Shown here: positions 50,201 through 58,300 of the stretch, piece after piece
Layout of the letters: each line of letters starts with the position of its first letter
How positions within the stretch are numbered: the stretch's first letter is position 1
NCBI RefSeq assembly: GCF_028641065.1
Contig: NC_073410.1
Span: 11,658,056 to 11,720,000, forward strand
Length of the DNA stretch: 61,945 nucleotides
Source: Leucoraja erinacea
Lineage: Eukaryota
Reading direction: 5' to 3'
Notes under the pieces: generated by a model
What the model was told of the DNA's origin: nothing
The model's input: only the letters and a program-made list of their open reading frames with translations
The model's database searches: none
Translations under genes and position numbers: made by a program

Positions 50201-52876
50201 CCTTGGATGAGTTGCTGCCGTGACTCAGTGGCTGATCTGTTTAGTTTAGTTTAGTTTGGACATGCAGCGCGTAAATAGGCCCTTCAGCCCACCGAAGTCC
50301 GCACCGACCAGTGATCCCCGCACATTAACACTATCTTACTTACACATACACCAAGCCAATTTACCTACGTACCTGTACGTCTTTGGAGTGTGGGAGGAAA
50401 TCGAAGATCTCGGAGAAAACCCACGCGGTCACGTGGAGAACATACGAACTCTGTACAATACAGCACACGTAGTCGGGATCGAACCCGGGTCTCTGGCACT
50501 GCAAGTGCTGCAGGGCAACAACTCTACTGCTGCGCCACCCTGCTGTACTGACAATACTGAGCAATAATCGTGGATCCATTGAAAACACTCTATTAAATGC
50601 ATGCACTCTATTAAAACATGGTCCTAAAAATAACCAGTCTTGTCATGGTAAAATATATTCTTAAATGAGATAATGCTTAATTGTAAAATTGATTGAATCT
50701 GTGTTCCTCTCTTGTACCCAGTGACTAGCATGTCCAAACCCTGCCTGGTTCAGCACCGCCGCACAACTGATAGAGATGCCCTTTCACAGCCCCACATAGC
50801 CTGGTTTGATCCTGATTCTGGGGCTGTCCATGTGGAGTTTGCATGTTCTTTCCATGACTGTCTGGTTTCCCCCAGTTACTCCAGTTTCCTCCCTCATCCC
50901 AACGAGGTGGCATAGCGGTAGAGTTGCTGCCTTGCTGCGTCAGAGACCCGTGTTCGATCCTGACTACGGGTACTGTACACATGGAGTTTGTACGTTCTCT
51001 CCGTAACCACATGGGGAAAGATACAGTCTGTAAACAGGCCCTTCAGCCCACCGAGTCCGCACCGACCAGCTGATGGGAAAAATAGGATCAATGGGTTGAT
51101 CAAAATGGGTTCTCAATGGTCAGTGTGGTCTTCGGCAAGATACTGTAGAACCAGTTAAGGGTTTTTTCCTGTGATGTAAGACCCCATGAATATAGAGCAA
51201 GAAGCTATGGAGATCAAAACCACATGATTGACATTTCCCATTCTTTGTCCATGATAAATTGGGAGCAAACTGGACAGGGACAGAAAAAGGTATTATTCTC
51301 TACCTTGCCTTATTTGATAACCTGCTTGCTTTTGGTTCTATATGCACTGATTTGTATATCTTTTTCTTTGCAAACTCAAGGCTTTGGTGAGTTTAAACCA
51401 GCATCAAAAGAAGGACAAAGCCAGCTTGACCAGGAGAGGCTGCGGGTTCTGGATGGTAAGGGTGGCTGCCCCTTGTCTTAATCCAGTTTGATCTGTTGTC
51501 TGTCTCTCTGCTTCAGTAGTCAGTCCTCTGCCAAAGGAAGAATCTATCTCCGCGCTCTATCTCCTGCTTAGAGGAGGATTAATTATTGCCAGCCCGCTTG
51601 GCCACCACACGAGAGCACGGCTCTGCATCTGATCCAGTGGCTCACTGATCACTGCTGGGCTGGCATGTGGCGTTGAGAGGTTGCTGAGTAACAGCAGACC
51701 AGGGGGGCAGAAGAGGAAGAGGGTGTGAACGTTGATGTTGTATAAAATAGGGAAGAGCAAAAGCAAGGACACAACTACGACAGATGTGGGTTGCTTCAAA
51801 GTTGTAAGGTACTCTAAACCCTGTCGACCTTCAACGTTAGTATAATCATTAAATTATAAATGATTAAACAACTTATCGAAGCATCATTTAGCAAATTTGA
51901 TTTAAATGACGTACTGCACTTTATAGAAGTGTTTTATTCCAGAATATGAGACTTAATTTTCAAAAGACAATCATAGAATTGAAATGATTAGAGGGAGGTC
52001 AGATAATATGAAGGAGCTGATGAATTAGTGTTTGGAATCATTTTGTAATCTTTTGTAAATGTTATTTTGTATAATTTGTCCTTCCTCACATTTTCCACCG
52101 CACAAGGAAAATGGTTTGAGGGAGTTTAGACATGATTGAGGTGATGATAAATGAGCAGGGAGCAATTTTGCAGTCAGCACATCATGCTGTTTTTATATAG
52201 TTCATCGTGTTGTCACCACACAATGGGGAAGCGTCCACTGTTTTCGTTGATGTTTGAAGGTTTCGCAACCTTACCCGTCACAGAATGGACTTTGCTTCAC
52301 GGAAAAACAACCTCGCTCCGTCAGGAAGTTGCTTTTTCACATTATTATATTTTTTTAGGAAAGCAGTCCAAGGATTATGTACGGTCCCAACATAACTCCA
52401 CCACACTGCCGGGAGAATCCGAGGTATCTTGCTTTTTAAATTTATGTTTGTGAGTTCAAAGCTCTCGGTGTTCTTGATATTTATTGTTATTGTACAGTAT
52501 TTATTATCTGATTTGTGACTGTATGATCACTCTGTGAAGCAAGTAGTAAATGATTAGCCATTGCTGTATCCATGTTGTATGGCTGTTCTTCACAATACTT
52601 ACTCATCTTGTTGATCCAGTGGCAGGACCTCCGCACCTTACTGAAGGCTCACCCCTCTCCTACTGTGCTGGAGGTACTGTGTGAAACGCAGCTCCCCTTT
52701 CTATCTCCCAGCAGAGTCTTACAATCCACATTGAGTTGGAGAAACCGACAAGTGGCGGCTTGGGCTTTGCATTAGTGGGTGGTGACGGTGGAACGGCTGT
52801 GCTGGTGAAGGCTATTGGCTCAGGCAGTGCGGCAGGTCTGGATGGAAGGCTCAACGTCCGTGACCGGCTTTTACAG
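4567..52876 (+). CDS. FRMPD2/PTPN20: Partial multi-exon gene: multi-PDZ PTPN13 paralogue (FRMPD2/PTPN20 long form). Join 4567-4744, 6770-6978, 8368-8472, 10308-10627, 21915-22239, 27736-27906, 33482-33656, 39612-39822, 42908-42945, 51381-51455, 52359-52423, 52715-52876
   Basis: All 12 exons have AG/GT boundaries, with intron phases 1,0,0,2,0,0,1,2,1,1,0 that match on both sides; total 2034 nt open. PDZ3 ([44 protein letters not shown]) resembles FRMPD2 PDZ3 as recalled. The downstream PDZs follow the PTPN13 PDZ4/PDZ5 order. Confidence 0.85.
5030..5520 (+). mobile_element. CR1 3' fragment joined to a 5'-truncated V-SINE
   Basis: cacagagggtggtgagtgcctggaac CR1 end, then the SINE core from about 5232. 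Confidence 0.75.
6090..6750 (+). mobile_element. Rex-Babar-like LINE 3' fragment with a nested CR1 tail (about 6210-6437)
   Basis: ttcttcccggctgttagcaggcaactgaat translates as [10 protein letters not shown] (a SFFP.AIR.LN-type end); terminus gtgacaataaactaaac. Confidence 0.6.
6770..6978 (+). CDS. FRMPD2/PTPN20: Exon: PDZ3 N-terminal part ([19 protein letters not shown]...[12 protein letters not shown])
   Basis: GLGF loop and GDVILAVNG motif; aacag| acceptor, CAG|gtaagt donor. Confidence 0.95.
7017..7210. mobile_element. Inverted (hairpin) PLE terminal insertion
   Basis: Self-complementary arms, with tgtgaaatt duplicated on the flanks. Confidence 0.7.
7380..7690 (-). mobile_element. HE1/V-SINE-like SINE
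   Basis: (ttagt)n tail on the left, reverse-complement V core. Confidence 0.8.
8368..8472 (+). CDS. FRMPD2/PTPN20: Exon: PDZ3 C-terminal part ([35 protein letters not shown])
   Basis: Pyrimidine tract plus caacag|, TTG|gtaaat donor; phase 0-0; completes PDZ3. Confidence 0.93.
8983..9189. mobile_element. Inverted (hairpin) PLE terminal insertion
   Basis: 73-nt arms at 9022-9094 and 9117-9189; flanking gctactga(a/c)ctca duplication. Confidence 0.85.
9316..9550 (+). mobile_element. HE1/V-SINE-like SINE
   Basis: ggtggctcagcggtagag A-box and gggttcgatcc B-box, plus the V core. Confidence 0.88.
9722..10200 (+). mobile_element. CR1/HER1-like LINE 3' fragment
   Basis: [28 protein letters not shown] motif, then the 3' UTR. 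Confidence 0.9.
10308..10627 (+). CDS. FRMPD2/PTPN20: Exon: Pro/Glu-rich linker (TPIASPMKE...[18 protein letters not shown]...AE)
   Basis: ttccttttgaaacgccag| acceptor, AG|gtgagc donor (phase 2); open frame in non-repetitive sequence. Confidence 0.82.
10735..11102. mobile_element. Nested PLE terminal fragments, including an intact minus-strand hammerhead-like core (10768-10795)
   Basis: The reverse complement reads ctgaagaagggtctcgacccgaaacgtc. Confidence 0.75.
11179..11735 (-). mobile_element. Penelope-like element 3' fragment (GIY-YIG C-terminal remnant plus terminal repeat)
   Basis: The minus strand gives ANHFNSHSH and LGSLQHNG remnants, then a pyrimidine-rich spacer and the terminal segment. 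Confidence 0.7.
11988..12292 (+). mobile_element. HE1/V-SINE-like SINE, near full length
   Basis: A/B boxes, V core, gggccaaagggcccgtttccatgctgtat 3' end. Confidence 0.88.
12618..13167 (+). mobile_element. Young CR1/HER1-like LINE 3' fragment nested in a V-SINE (about 12421-13258)
   Basis: [47 protein letters not shown]; (atgtttct)n tail; the host SINE resumes on both sides. Confidence 0.92.
13905..14212 (+). mobile_element. HE1/V-SINE-like SINE
   Basis: Head, V core, (aaact)n tail. Confidence 0.87.
14711..15570. mobile_element. Non-autonomous DNA transposon (hAT-like), 860 bp
   Basis: Terminal inverted repeats (TIRs) taggtatgttacaaaa / ttttgtaacattgcta (14/16 match); gatatag duplicated on both flanks; splits a CR1 3' UTR. 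Confidence 0.75.
15670..15900 (-). mobile_element. CR1 LINE fragment
   Basis: [31 protein letters not shown] on the minus strand. Confidence 0.85.
16165..16478 (+). mobile_element. HE1/V-SINE-like SINE (second subfamily)
   Basis: Head, V core, gaaagtgggataacacagaac 3' segment. Confidence 0.8.
17486..18469. mobile_element. PIF/Harbinger-like MITE with about 570 bp of internal foreign sequence
   Basis: TIR agggcctgtcccacttg / caagtgggacaggccct; TAA TSD at 17483-85 and 18470-72. Confidence 0.8.
18555..19160 (+). mobile_element. Degenerate CR1 ORF2 fragment followed by a partial V-SINE
   Basis: ttgcagcaggatcttgatcagctg (LQQDLDQL) and gttcagttttggtcaccctg (VQFWSP); the SINE core starts at about 18970. 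Confidence 0.75.
19575..19870 (-). mobile_element. HE1/V-SINE-like SINE
   Basis: Reverse-complement core and tail. Confidence 0.8.
20063..20290. mobile_element. Inverted PLE terminal insertion
   Basis: Self-complementary arms tgctggagtaactc... / ...gagttactccagc. Confidence 0.7.
20353..20506. mobile_element. Inverted PLE terminal insertion with a 16-bp TSD
   Basis: cactgat(g/a)taggttca at 20337-20352 and 20507-20522. Confidence 0.8.
20838..20974 (+). mobile_element. Solo PLE terminal unit starting at the hammerhead-like core, 12-bp TSD
   Basis: acttttagttcc at 20826-20837 and 20975-20986; ctgaagaagggttttggcccgaaacgtt at 20847. Confidence 0.85.
21458..21768 (-). mobile_element. HE1/V-SINE-like SINE
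   Basis: Reverse-complement head, core and tail. Confidence 0.87.
21915..22239 (+). CDS. FRMPD2/PTPN20: Exon: Ser/Pro/acidic linker (...[17 protein letters not shown]...[12 protein letters not shown])
   Basis: tttctttgcaattcccag| acceptor in phase 2, matching the previous exon; TTA|gtaagt donor, phase 0. Confidence 0.85.
22206..22230 (+). repeat. Coding (GAT)n repeat (poly-Asp)
   Basis: gatgatgatgatgatgat inside exon 21915-22239. Confidence 0.9.
22905..23510 (-). mobile_element. CR1 LINE 3' fragment with a nested second CR1 tail (about 23097-23240)
   Basis: [19 protein letters not shown] on the minus strand; (tagaaaca)n tail. Confidence 0.88.
24180..24458. mobile_element. Partial hAT-like non-autonomous element
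   Basis: Right terminus gttgccaacccta; a similar inverted tagggttgcca lies at 24018 but there is no TSD; CpG-rich interior. Confidence 0.4.
27736..27906 (+). CDS. FRMPD2/PTPN20: Exon: PDZ4 N-terminal part ([27 protein letters not shown]...[12 protein letters not shown])
   Basis: ttcctttctttag| acceptor, ACG|gtaagg donor; SLGF loop and [14 protein letters not shown] motif. Confidence 0.95.
28040..28590 (+). mobile_element. V-SINE followed by a CR1 3' tail
   Basis: SINE at about 28040-28333; CR1 tail at about 28350-28590. Confidence 0.82.
28727..29015 (-). mobile_element. HE1/V-SINE-like SINE
   Basis: Reverse-complement core and tail. Confidence 0.87.
29335..29830 (+). mobile_element. Stacked CR1 3' fragments
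   Basis: [21 protein letters not shown] end, with duplicated 3' UTR hairpin segments. Confidence 0.85.
30890..31112 (-). mobile_element. Rex-Babar-like LINE 3' UTR fragment
   Basis: Same cagtgaaaagct..cagtcagcggaaagacaatac..attacaatcgagcca family as 6640-6750, 37960 and 57400. Confidence 0.6.
32835..33066. mobile_element. PIF/Harbinger-like MITE
   Basis: TIR agggcctgtcctacttgggcgtcatttgc / gcaaatgacgcccaagtgggacaggccgt; TTA TSD. Confidence 0.85.
33482..33656 (+). CDS. FRMPD2/PTPN20: Exon: PDZ4 C-terminal part and start of PDZ5 ([19 protein letters not shown]...[14 protein letters not shown])
   Basis: ttgttgtgcag| acceptor, G|gtacgt donor (phase 1); continues the PDZ fold. Confidence 0.94.
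35292..35450 (-). mobile_element. LINE 3' end with a (TCAAG)n microsatellite tail
   Basis: About six TCAAG units, then tttattcgtcacatacac; the same family occurs at 42266-42625. Confidence 0.6.
35995..36286 (+). mobile_element. V-SINE nested inside an opposite-strand V-SINE (about 35752-36350)
   Basis: Complete + copy; the host minus copy continues on both sides. Confidence 0.85.
37227..37417. mobile_element. Inverted PLE terminal insertion with a 14-bp TSD
   Basis: ttctgcaaatgtga at 37213-37226 and 37418-37431. Confidence 0.85.
37955..38495 (-). mobile_element. Rex-Babar-like 3' fragment with a nested CR1 tail (about 38090-38367)
   Basis: The minus strand gives [10 protein letters not shown]; the host is interrupted by a CR1 tail with (tagacaa)n. 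Confidence 0.7.
38737..39033 (+). mobile_element. L1/Tx1-like 3' UTR insertion inside a CR1 tail
   Basis: 11-bp TSD aaatgttgcga (38726-36 and 39034-44); T-rich body, AATAAA, A/T-rich tail. Confidence 0.65.
39612..39822 (+). CDS. FRMPD2/PTPN20: Exon: PDZ5 body ([39 protein letters not shown]...ITIKAM)
   Basis: ttgccacag| acceptor phase 1, AG|gtaagt donor phase 2; PDZ motifs. Confidence 0.94.
40184..40390. mobile_element. Tc1/mariner (Tigger-like) MITE, degenerate
   Basis: aggcacct...agatgtctg+TA ends; related in reverse orientation to 59981-60198. Confidence 0.55.
40573..40884 (+). mobile_element. Tx1-clade LINE 3' fragment
   Basis: [18 protein letters not shown] (Tx1 ORF2 C-terminal motif as recalled), A-rich tail, TSD aacagtg(t/c)caggt at 40560-72 and 40885-97. 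Confidence 0.75.
41415..42825 (+). mobile_element. Several CR1 3' fragments, with a nested (TCAAG)n-tailed LINE end at about 42266-42625
   Basis: SRTRGH..FFTHRV..WNELP and [15 protein letters not shown] motifs. Confidence 0.8.
42908..42945 (+). CDS. FRMPD2/PTPN20: 38-nt exon ([13 protein letters not shown])
   Basis: ttattttgctccctcag| acceptor, CCG|gtaagt donor; phase 2 in, phase 1 out, which bridges the flanking exons. Not in the ORF track. Confidence 0.75.
45425..45810 (-). mobile_element. CR1 3' fragment
   Basis: (catagaaa)n tail; SRTRGH motif on the minus strand. Confidence 0.87.
45929..46085. mobile_element. One end of a Harbinger-like MITE with an internal tandem (gacgtggcgtgatgcagcc) repeat
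   Basis: agggccgtcccacttgg resembles the TIR at 17486; no partner end found. Confidence 0.5.
46780..47277. repeat. (CT)n-rich low-complexity tract spanning the assembly gap
   Basis: Direct reading. Confidence 0.95.
46972..47183. other. Assembly gap (212 N)
   Basis: Run of N. Confidence 1.
47655..48005 (+). mobile_element. CR1 3' fragment
   Basis: [25 protein letters not shown]. Confidence 0.85.
48503..48700. mobile_element. Inverted PLE terminal insertion with a central intact hammerhead-like core and a 15-bp TSD
   Basis: cagtgttaatcattg at 48488-48502 and 48701-48715; ctgaagaagggtttcggcccgaaacgtt at 48609-48636. Confidence 0.88.
49120..49480 (-). mobile_element. Penelope-like element 3' fragment
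   Basis: The minus strand gives [17 protein letters not shown] followed by the terminal segment. Confidence 0.75.
50238..50542 (-). mobile_element. HE1/V-SINE-like SINE
   Basis: (tttag)n tail and reverse-complement core. Confidence 0.85.
51381..51455 (+). CDS. FRMPD2/PTPN20: 75-nt linker exon ([25 protein letters not shown])
   Basis: tttttctttgcaaactcaag| acceptor, ATG|gtaagg donor; symmetric phase 1-1; support is splice signals only. Confidence 0.6.
52359..52423 (+). CDS. FRMPD2/PTPN20: 65-nt linker exon ([22 protein letters not shown])
   Basis: tttttttag| acceptor, GAG|gtatct donor; converts phase 1 to phase 0 as the next PDZ exon requires. Confidence 0.65.
52715..52876 (+). CDS. FRMPD2/PTPN20: Exon: N-terminal half of a sixth PDZ ([54 protein letters not shown])
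   Basis: Pyrimidine tract plus cagcag| acceptor, CAG|gtaacc donor; GLGF loop and DGRLxxxDRLLQ motif. Confidence 0.92.
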
Positions 52877-53134
52877 GTAACCTACCTTGGGACATCCTAC
52901 GCACTCCCCATGGTGCCACTGGCTCATGTGAATCATGAACGTACAAGATTCAACCCTGTGGATATGTCGGAGTAGAGTTGGCTTGTGGTCACTGTTGCAC
53001 TTGGGGAGTTCCATCAGCACATTTGCACCCCGCAATAAATACAATGTGGCGATGTTTAGCGTGATTTACCAATGATACAGCTACCCTCTCTCCTTTGAAA
53101 CATACCGAGGATCTTAAGTGAAGATCGAGCCTTA

Positions 53135-53453
53135 AACCCCTGTCCCACGGTACGAGTTCATTCCAAGAATTCTCACGAGTTTGCCCTGATTCCAACTCGG
53201 AGATTTACGATACTGGCCACTCGTCGGTACTCGGGGCTCTTGTGGACATTTTTCAACACGTTGAAAAATCTTCACGAGTTTTCCCGTGCTTTCCTGCTGT
53301 TACGAGTCTTCCCGAGTACCTGCCGTTAGCGCTAAGAGACGTCCCCGAGCTCCAACGTACACGCTACGTTCATTCTCCGTGCTTACCACGAGTATGATTT
53401 TTTTTTTAACTCGGGAGAGCTCTTGGAATGAACTCGCACCGTGGGACAGGGCT
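53135..53453. mobile_element. PIF/Harbinger-like MITE, second family
   Basis: About 45-bp TIR (ccctgtcccacggt.cgagttcattccaaga..tctc.cgagtt); TTA TSD at 53132-34 and 53454-56. Confidence 0.85.
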
Positions 53454-53759
53454 TTATTTTTATCCAGGAACATGCATTTCCTAAAAGCACTACATTCCCT
53501 TACTGCATCACATACTTTGTTGCAATCTGGCGAGTCTTTCGAATGCACGATTGCTTCAGAGTTTCCATGGGACCATTGGGGAACTACAGTGGGAGATTGC
53601 CACAGGGAGAAAAAAAAATATATATATATATATATATGAAAGACTGTGTTTGCCAGCGTCTTCACCAGTCTGTGGAAAGGCAGGTAGTGTAGTTGGAGCA
53701 ACCCTGCAGATATCACTAACGATGACAGTCTGCTCATGTTTGTATATCACTCACTTCTT

Positions 53760-54095
53760 AAGACATAGTAGAGTAGAATTAGGCCATTTGGCCCATTGAG
53801 TCTGCTCTGCTATTCTATCATGGCTGATCTATTTTTCCCTCTCAACCCCATTCTCCTGCCTTCTCCCCATAACTTTTGGCACCACTACTAATCATGAAGC
53901 TATCAATCTTTGCTTTAAAAATACCCAATCACTTGGCCTCCACAGCCGTCTGTGGTGAAGAATTCACAGATTTACCACCCGCTGGCTGCAGGAATTCCTC
54001 CTCATCCACATTCTAAAGGTACGTCCTTTTATTCTGAGGCTGTGCTCTCAGGTCCTAGACTCTCCCACAACTGGAAACATTCTCTCCGCATCTAG
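53760..54095 (-). mobile_element. CR1 3' fragment
   Basis: Same tail family as 22905-23400. Confidence 0.8.
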
Positions 54096-54367
54096 TCTTT
54101 CAACTCCAAGTGTGTTAGGGCACAGAACTGTACAAGTTTGATAAATTTCTAAAATGGAAAATTATCTATTATTTGTACAGTAATATTGATCTAATTATAA
54201 TTGAGAGTTAATTTTGAACGACCAGTTATGAAGCTGGTTCATTTCAAGATATTATGGGTGGTGATGAAACAGTAGTCAGTAAAACATAATTCAGGAATTT
54301 ACTTATCTTTAATGCAGCCGAATAAATAATGCAAACTTCTAAATTCTTATGAAAATGTAATAGCACA

Positions 54368-54625
54368 ATTTAGTTTTGTTTTAGTTTGGAGATACAGCGC
54401 AGAAACAGGCCCTTCAGCCCACCAAATCCGCTCGAGAACACTACCCCTCACAGACTAGGGACAATATTTTTGTTTTACATTTACACCAAGCCAATTTACC
54501 TACATATCTGTACGTCTTTGGAATGTGGGAGGAAACCGAAGATCTCAGAGAAAGCCCACGCAGGTGGAGAACGTACAAACTCCGTGCAGACAGCACCCGT
54601 AATCAGGATCGAACCCAGGTCTCCC
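54368..54625 (-). mobile_element. HE1/V-SINE-like SINE
   Basis: Reverse-complement core and tail. Confidence 0.82.
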
Positions 54626-54703
54626 GGTCTTCTTTAAAGCTAATGTACAGAGGAAAAAGTACGGAAGGAATTGTAGATGCACGAGGTGGACAATAAGCAG
54701 AAA

Positions 54704-54834
54704 AATAGACACAAAATGCTGGAGTAATTCAGCGGGTCAGGCAGCATCTCTGGAGGAAAAGGATGGGTGACATTTTGGGTTGGGACCCACTTCAGACGTT
54801 TTGGTATAAACCAGCATCTGCGGTTCCTTGCTTT
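54704..54834. mobile_element. PLE terminal insertion with a 15-bp TSD
   Basis: gacaataagcagaaa at 54689-54703 and 54835-54849. Confidence 0.8.
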
Positions 54835-55856
54835 GACAATAAGCAGAAAGGTCTGGGTGATTTTGTAATACTTGGTGGCACCTTGATTAAGGATTTATGA
54901 AAATTCAACAATGCGCATGGTCTCCCAAACACTTTAACACATTTTTCAAACTAGTAACAATAATAATAAAATGCAATGACCAGATGTAGTATATAGTTCC
55001 ATTAGTTTAATTAGTGTTATGGTAAATATTGAATGAATAGAAAGAACTGTAGCAAATTTTTGAAGAGCAATATGGTATGGATAGCTGTGGAATATATACA
55101 TTTCTGACTTAATGGAGAAATCAGCTTATGGACAGTTCTCAGGAATGGAACCATTAAATAAATATAAACGGTGTCAAAATATCAATTTATTATTGAAGAA
55201 GCAACTGATAAGAAAAACAACAAAAAAATCTAGAGAGTTGCTGACTGGAAACCTGACATCTTTCACGTTTTGTAGTTGTCTCGTCTACATTACAAGATGA
55301 TAAATCTTACCATCAAACATGTTCTGTTCAAAGAAAGAGCAAATGTTTGCCAAATGTAATGAAGACCCATCACCTGAAATAGGGACATCGTGGCCAGTCA
55401 AGTCCTGTGATTCCCTGGCACTAAGAAATACAGAACTCGGAGTTGCAAGTTAGATGCATGGGTGAACACACTTGGCACCAGAGGAATAATCTTTCCGATG
55501 CTCCGTTTAATGGCCCATGTCAAACTTATTAAAGTTCCAAGTTTGATGCATTGATTCTCTCGATGGATCCTGAACTTTTGTCGCCATTTCTTCACCATCA
55601 GAACATGTTGTCCCTTGGAGGGGAATGGTCAGCTTGTAGCTGTAGGCTTCCTCAAGGTGAGTGCTGCTATTCAACTTTTGTGTTGTCCATTTGGATTAAC
55701 TTGAAACACAGGATTTCAATTCATCTGTAATATTGTGCCTGCACTAATAGTTTCCGCTGGCTGGAGATGATATTTTGAAATTTATATCTTTCCAAATCCG
55801 TTTTTCATAACGTTTTATTTGCACTATCAGACGACCAGATGCTAAATCTGTTCATA

Positions 55857-56059
55857 GGCACAAAAAGCTGGAGTAACTCAGCGGGTCAGACAGCATCTCT
55901 GGAGAAAAGGAATGGGTGACGTTTCGGGTCCAGACCCTTCTTCAGACCCAATACATCACCTATTCCTTTCCTCCAGAGATGTTGCCTGTCCTGATGTGTT
56001 ACTCCAGCTTTTTGCGTCCATCTTCGGTTTAAACCAGATCTGCAGTTCCTTCCTACACG
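55857..56059. mobile_element. Inverted PLE terminal insertion with a 17-bp TSD
   Basis: tgctaaatc(t/a)gttcata at 55840-55856 and 56060-56076; minus-strand core at 55918-55945. Confidence 0.85.
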
Positions 56060-58007
56060 TGCTAAATCAGTTCATAATCAGCAAGGAAGGGATGCAAAAG
56101 GATGCAACTGAGGTTCACACACCCCAGCTATCCCACGGAAAGGATGCCTCATTACCCTTGATACCACTGCACACCAGCTCAACAACATATTCTGCTTGGC
56201 AAGGTGAGCCCTTACTCTAACCCCTGGCAAACCTGCTCTTTCTAACACAAGCATGTTCACCATTGTCTTCCAAAATCTCAGTTTTGGGAGTTCCTTCACT
56301 TCATTCCTGCTCATCCTCTCTCTCCCCATTCCCCCCTCCCACTTCCCTCAATGTTCCCAGCTAACTCCACACTAGTAGATGTTCAAAACCCAAATGAAAC
56401 TTGTTGCATATGTACAAGGTAACACTTACATATATCTGTATATACGTTAAATACTTTAATATGCCCAGTATTTATAAGAGAATACCTTCAATATACCTTC
56501 AATATACTTCATTATATTGAAGGATATATTGAAGGTTCTTCATATACATGCATACAATCTGCATATATTGCAAATAACCTCATATACTCACATTTATTTC
56601 CCAATACCTTCACACAGCTGCATATATCTTCATAAAATATAACTTCGTATGACTGCATATATTACCAAAATCCTTCACACCCCCCTGCACACCCTAAATA
56701 TAATCTTTAACCGAAGGTTGTTGCATGGAACATCTCTGCTGTTGCCAATGTTGTACTTAGACCCTGCTAATTGTTGCACTTGAGCTGACCTAAGAAAATC
56801 AGTAGTTTAACGTACGTGCCTTGGGTCAAGTTTCTGACTGGTCTCAGCATTGCGAAGGCAATAAATAGCTTTATAAGTGGAAGTATAACTGACTGGGTAA
56901 AGGGGAGGAGATCAGGCTTAAGTGGTGAGCTGGGCCACCACAGATGACTTTGTGGAAGGGAGGTGAACCCATGTGGTACCATCAGTAGCGTCAAGGAGCA
57001 ATGCAGGCGTAATGTATTTAACCCAGCACCGAAACCAAGTCCTAAACTACGATGACAAACCTGTTTACTGACCGAGAAGCTTAATTGGAGTTCTTGTTGA
57101 ACTATAATCACAGCACAGATCAGATTAAATTCTGAAACCGGCCTCTGTGGTTTGTTACAGCCAGGCAAACCCCTAATGCAATCCCGAACACAAGTCGGTG
57201 GCCGGTTCCAAAATTACTCGAGTACTAAATGAATTAATTCAATGGCATAAGTGCTGGAATAACTTTGCGGGTCAGGCAGCACCTCTGGAGGACATGGGTG
57301 GGTGACGTTTCAGATCAAGGGCCTTCATCAGACCAATTGTATGTCATATTTGAATTAGATACTTGGGAACATATTTTATTTAAGCCTATGTATGTATTTG
57401 AGTTTAGTTTTTTGTCAAGTGTACTTGGGTACAGTGAAAAGCTTTTGTTGTGTGCTAACCAGTCAGCGGAGAGACAGTGCATGATTACAGTCGAGCCAAC
57501 CACAGTGTACAGATACATGATAAAGGGAATAATGTGACTACAGATCTGGGAGGAGATTAAGAAGAGCATACTTAAAATAAGAAGCGCTGCTGTCGGAGTA
57601 GAGATTTAAGAGAGTGGAGCGATTGTCATACAAGAATGCACATCTATTTTTGTGACTAGCTGCAAAGAGTCACCTGGCTTGGGTGCCATAAGTGGTAGGA
57701 GCAGAATTAGGCCATTCGGCCCATCATGTCTACTCTGCCATTCAATCATGGCTGATCTATCTCTCCCTCCTAACCCCATTCTTCTGCCTTCTCCCCATAA
57801 CCTGACGCCTGTACTAATCAAGAATCTATCAATCTCTGCCTTAAATCTCTGCCATCAGTCTGAAGAAGGATCTCAACCCGAAACGTCACCCAATCCTTCT
57901 CTCCAGAGATGCTGCCTGTCCCGCTGAGTTAATCCAGCATTTTGTGTCTACCTTCAGTTATGATGAATGCAGATTGAGTCTGTATTCCACTATTGGTGAC
58001 TTTCTAT

Positions 58008-58300
58008 ATTAGTTTAGTTTAGAGGCACAGCATGCCCCTTCGACCCACTGATTCCATACCTACCAGCGATCCCCACACACTAACACTACCCCACACACAC
58101 GAGGGACAATTTTACATTTGCACCGAGCCAATTAACCTACAAACCTGTACATCTTTGGAGTGTGGGAGAATCTCGGAGAAAACCCAAACAGGTCGTGGGG
58201 AGAACGTACAAACTCCATACAGACAGCATCATAGTCAGGATCAAACCTTGGTCTCTGGTGCTGTGAGGCAGCAACTCTACCGCTGTGACACCATGCTGCC
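58008..58300 (-). mobile_element. HE1/V-SINE-like SINE
   Basis: Reverse-complement head, core and tail. Confidence 0.83.

Noticed and set aside
4567-52876. Identification as PTPN13 itself
   Set aside because: PDZ3 residues fit FRMPD2 better, PDZ4/5 are diverged from PTPN13 as recalled, and there is an extra PDZ. PTPN13 is not excluded without a phylogeny.
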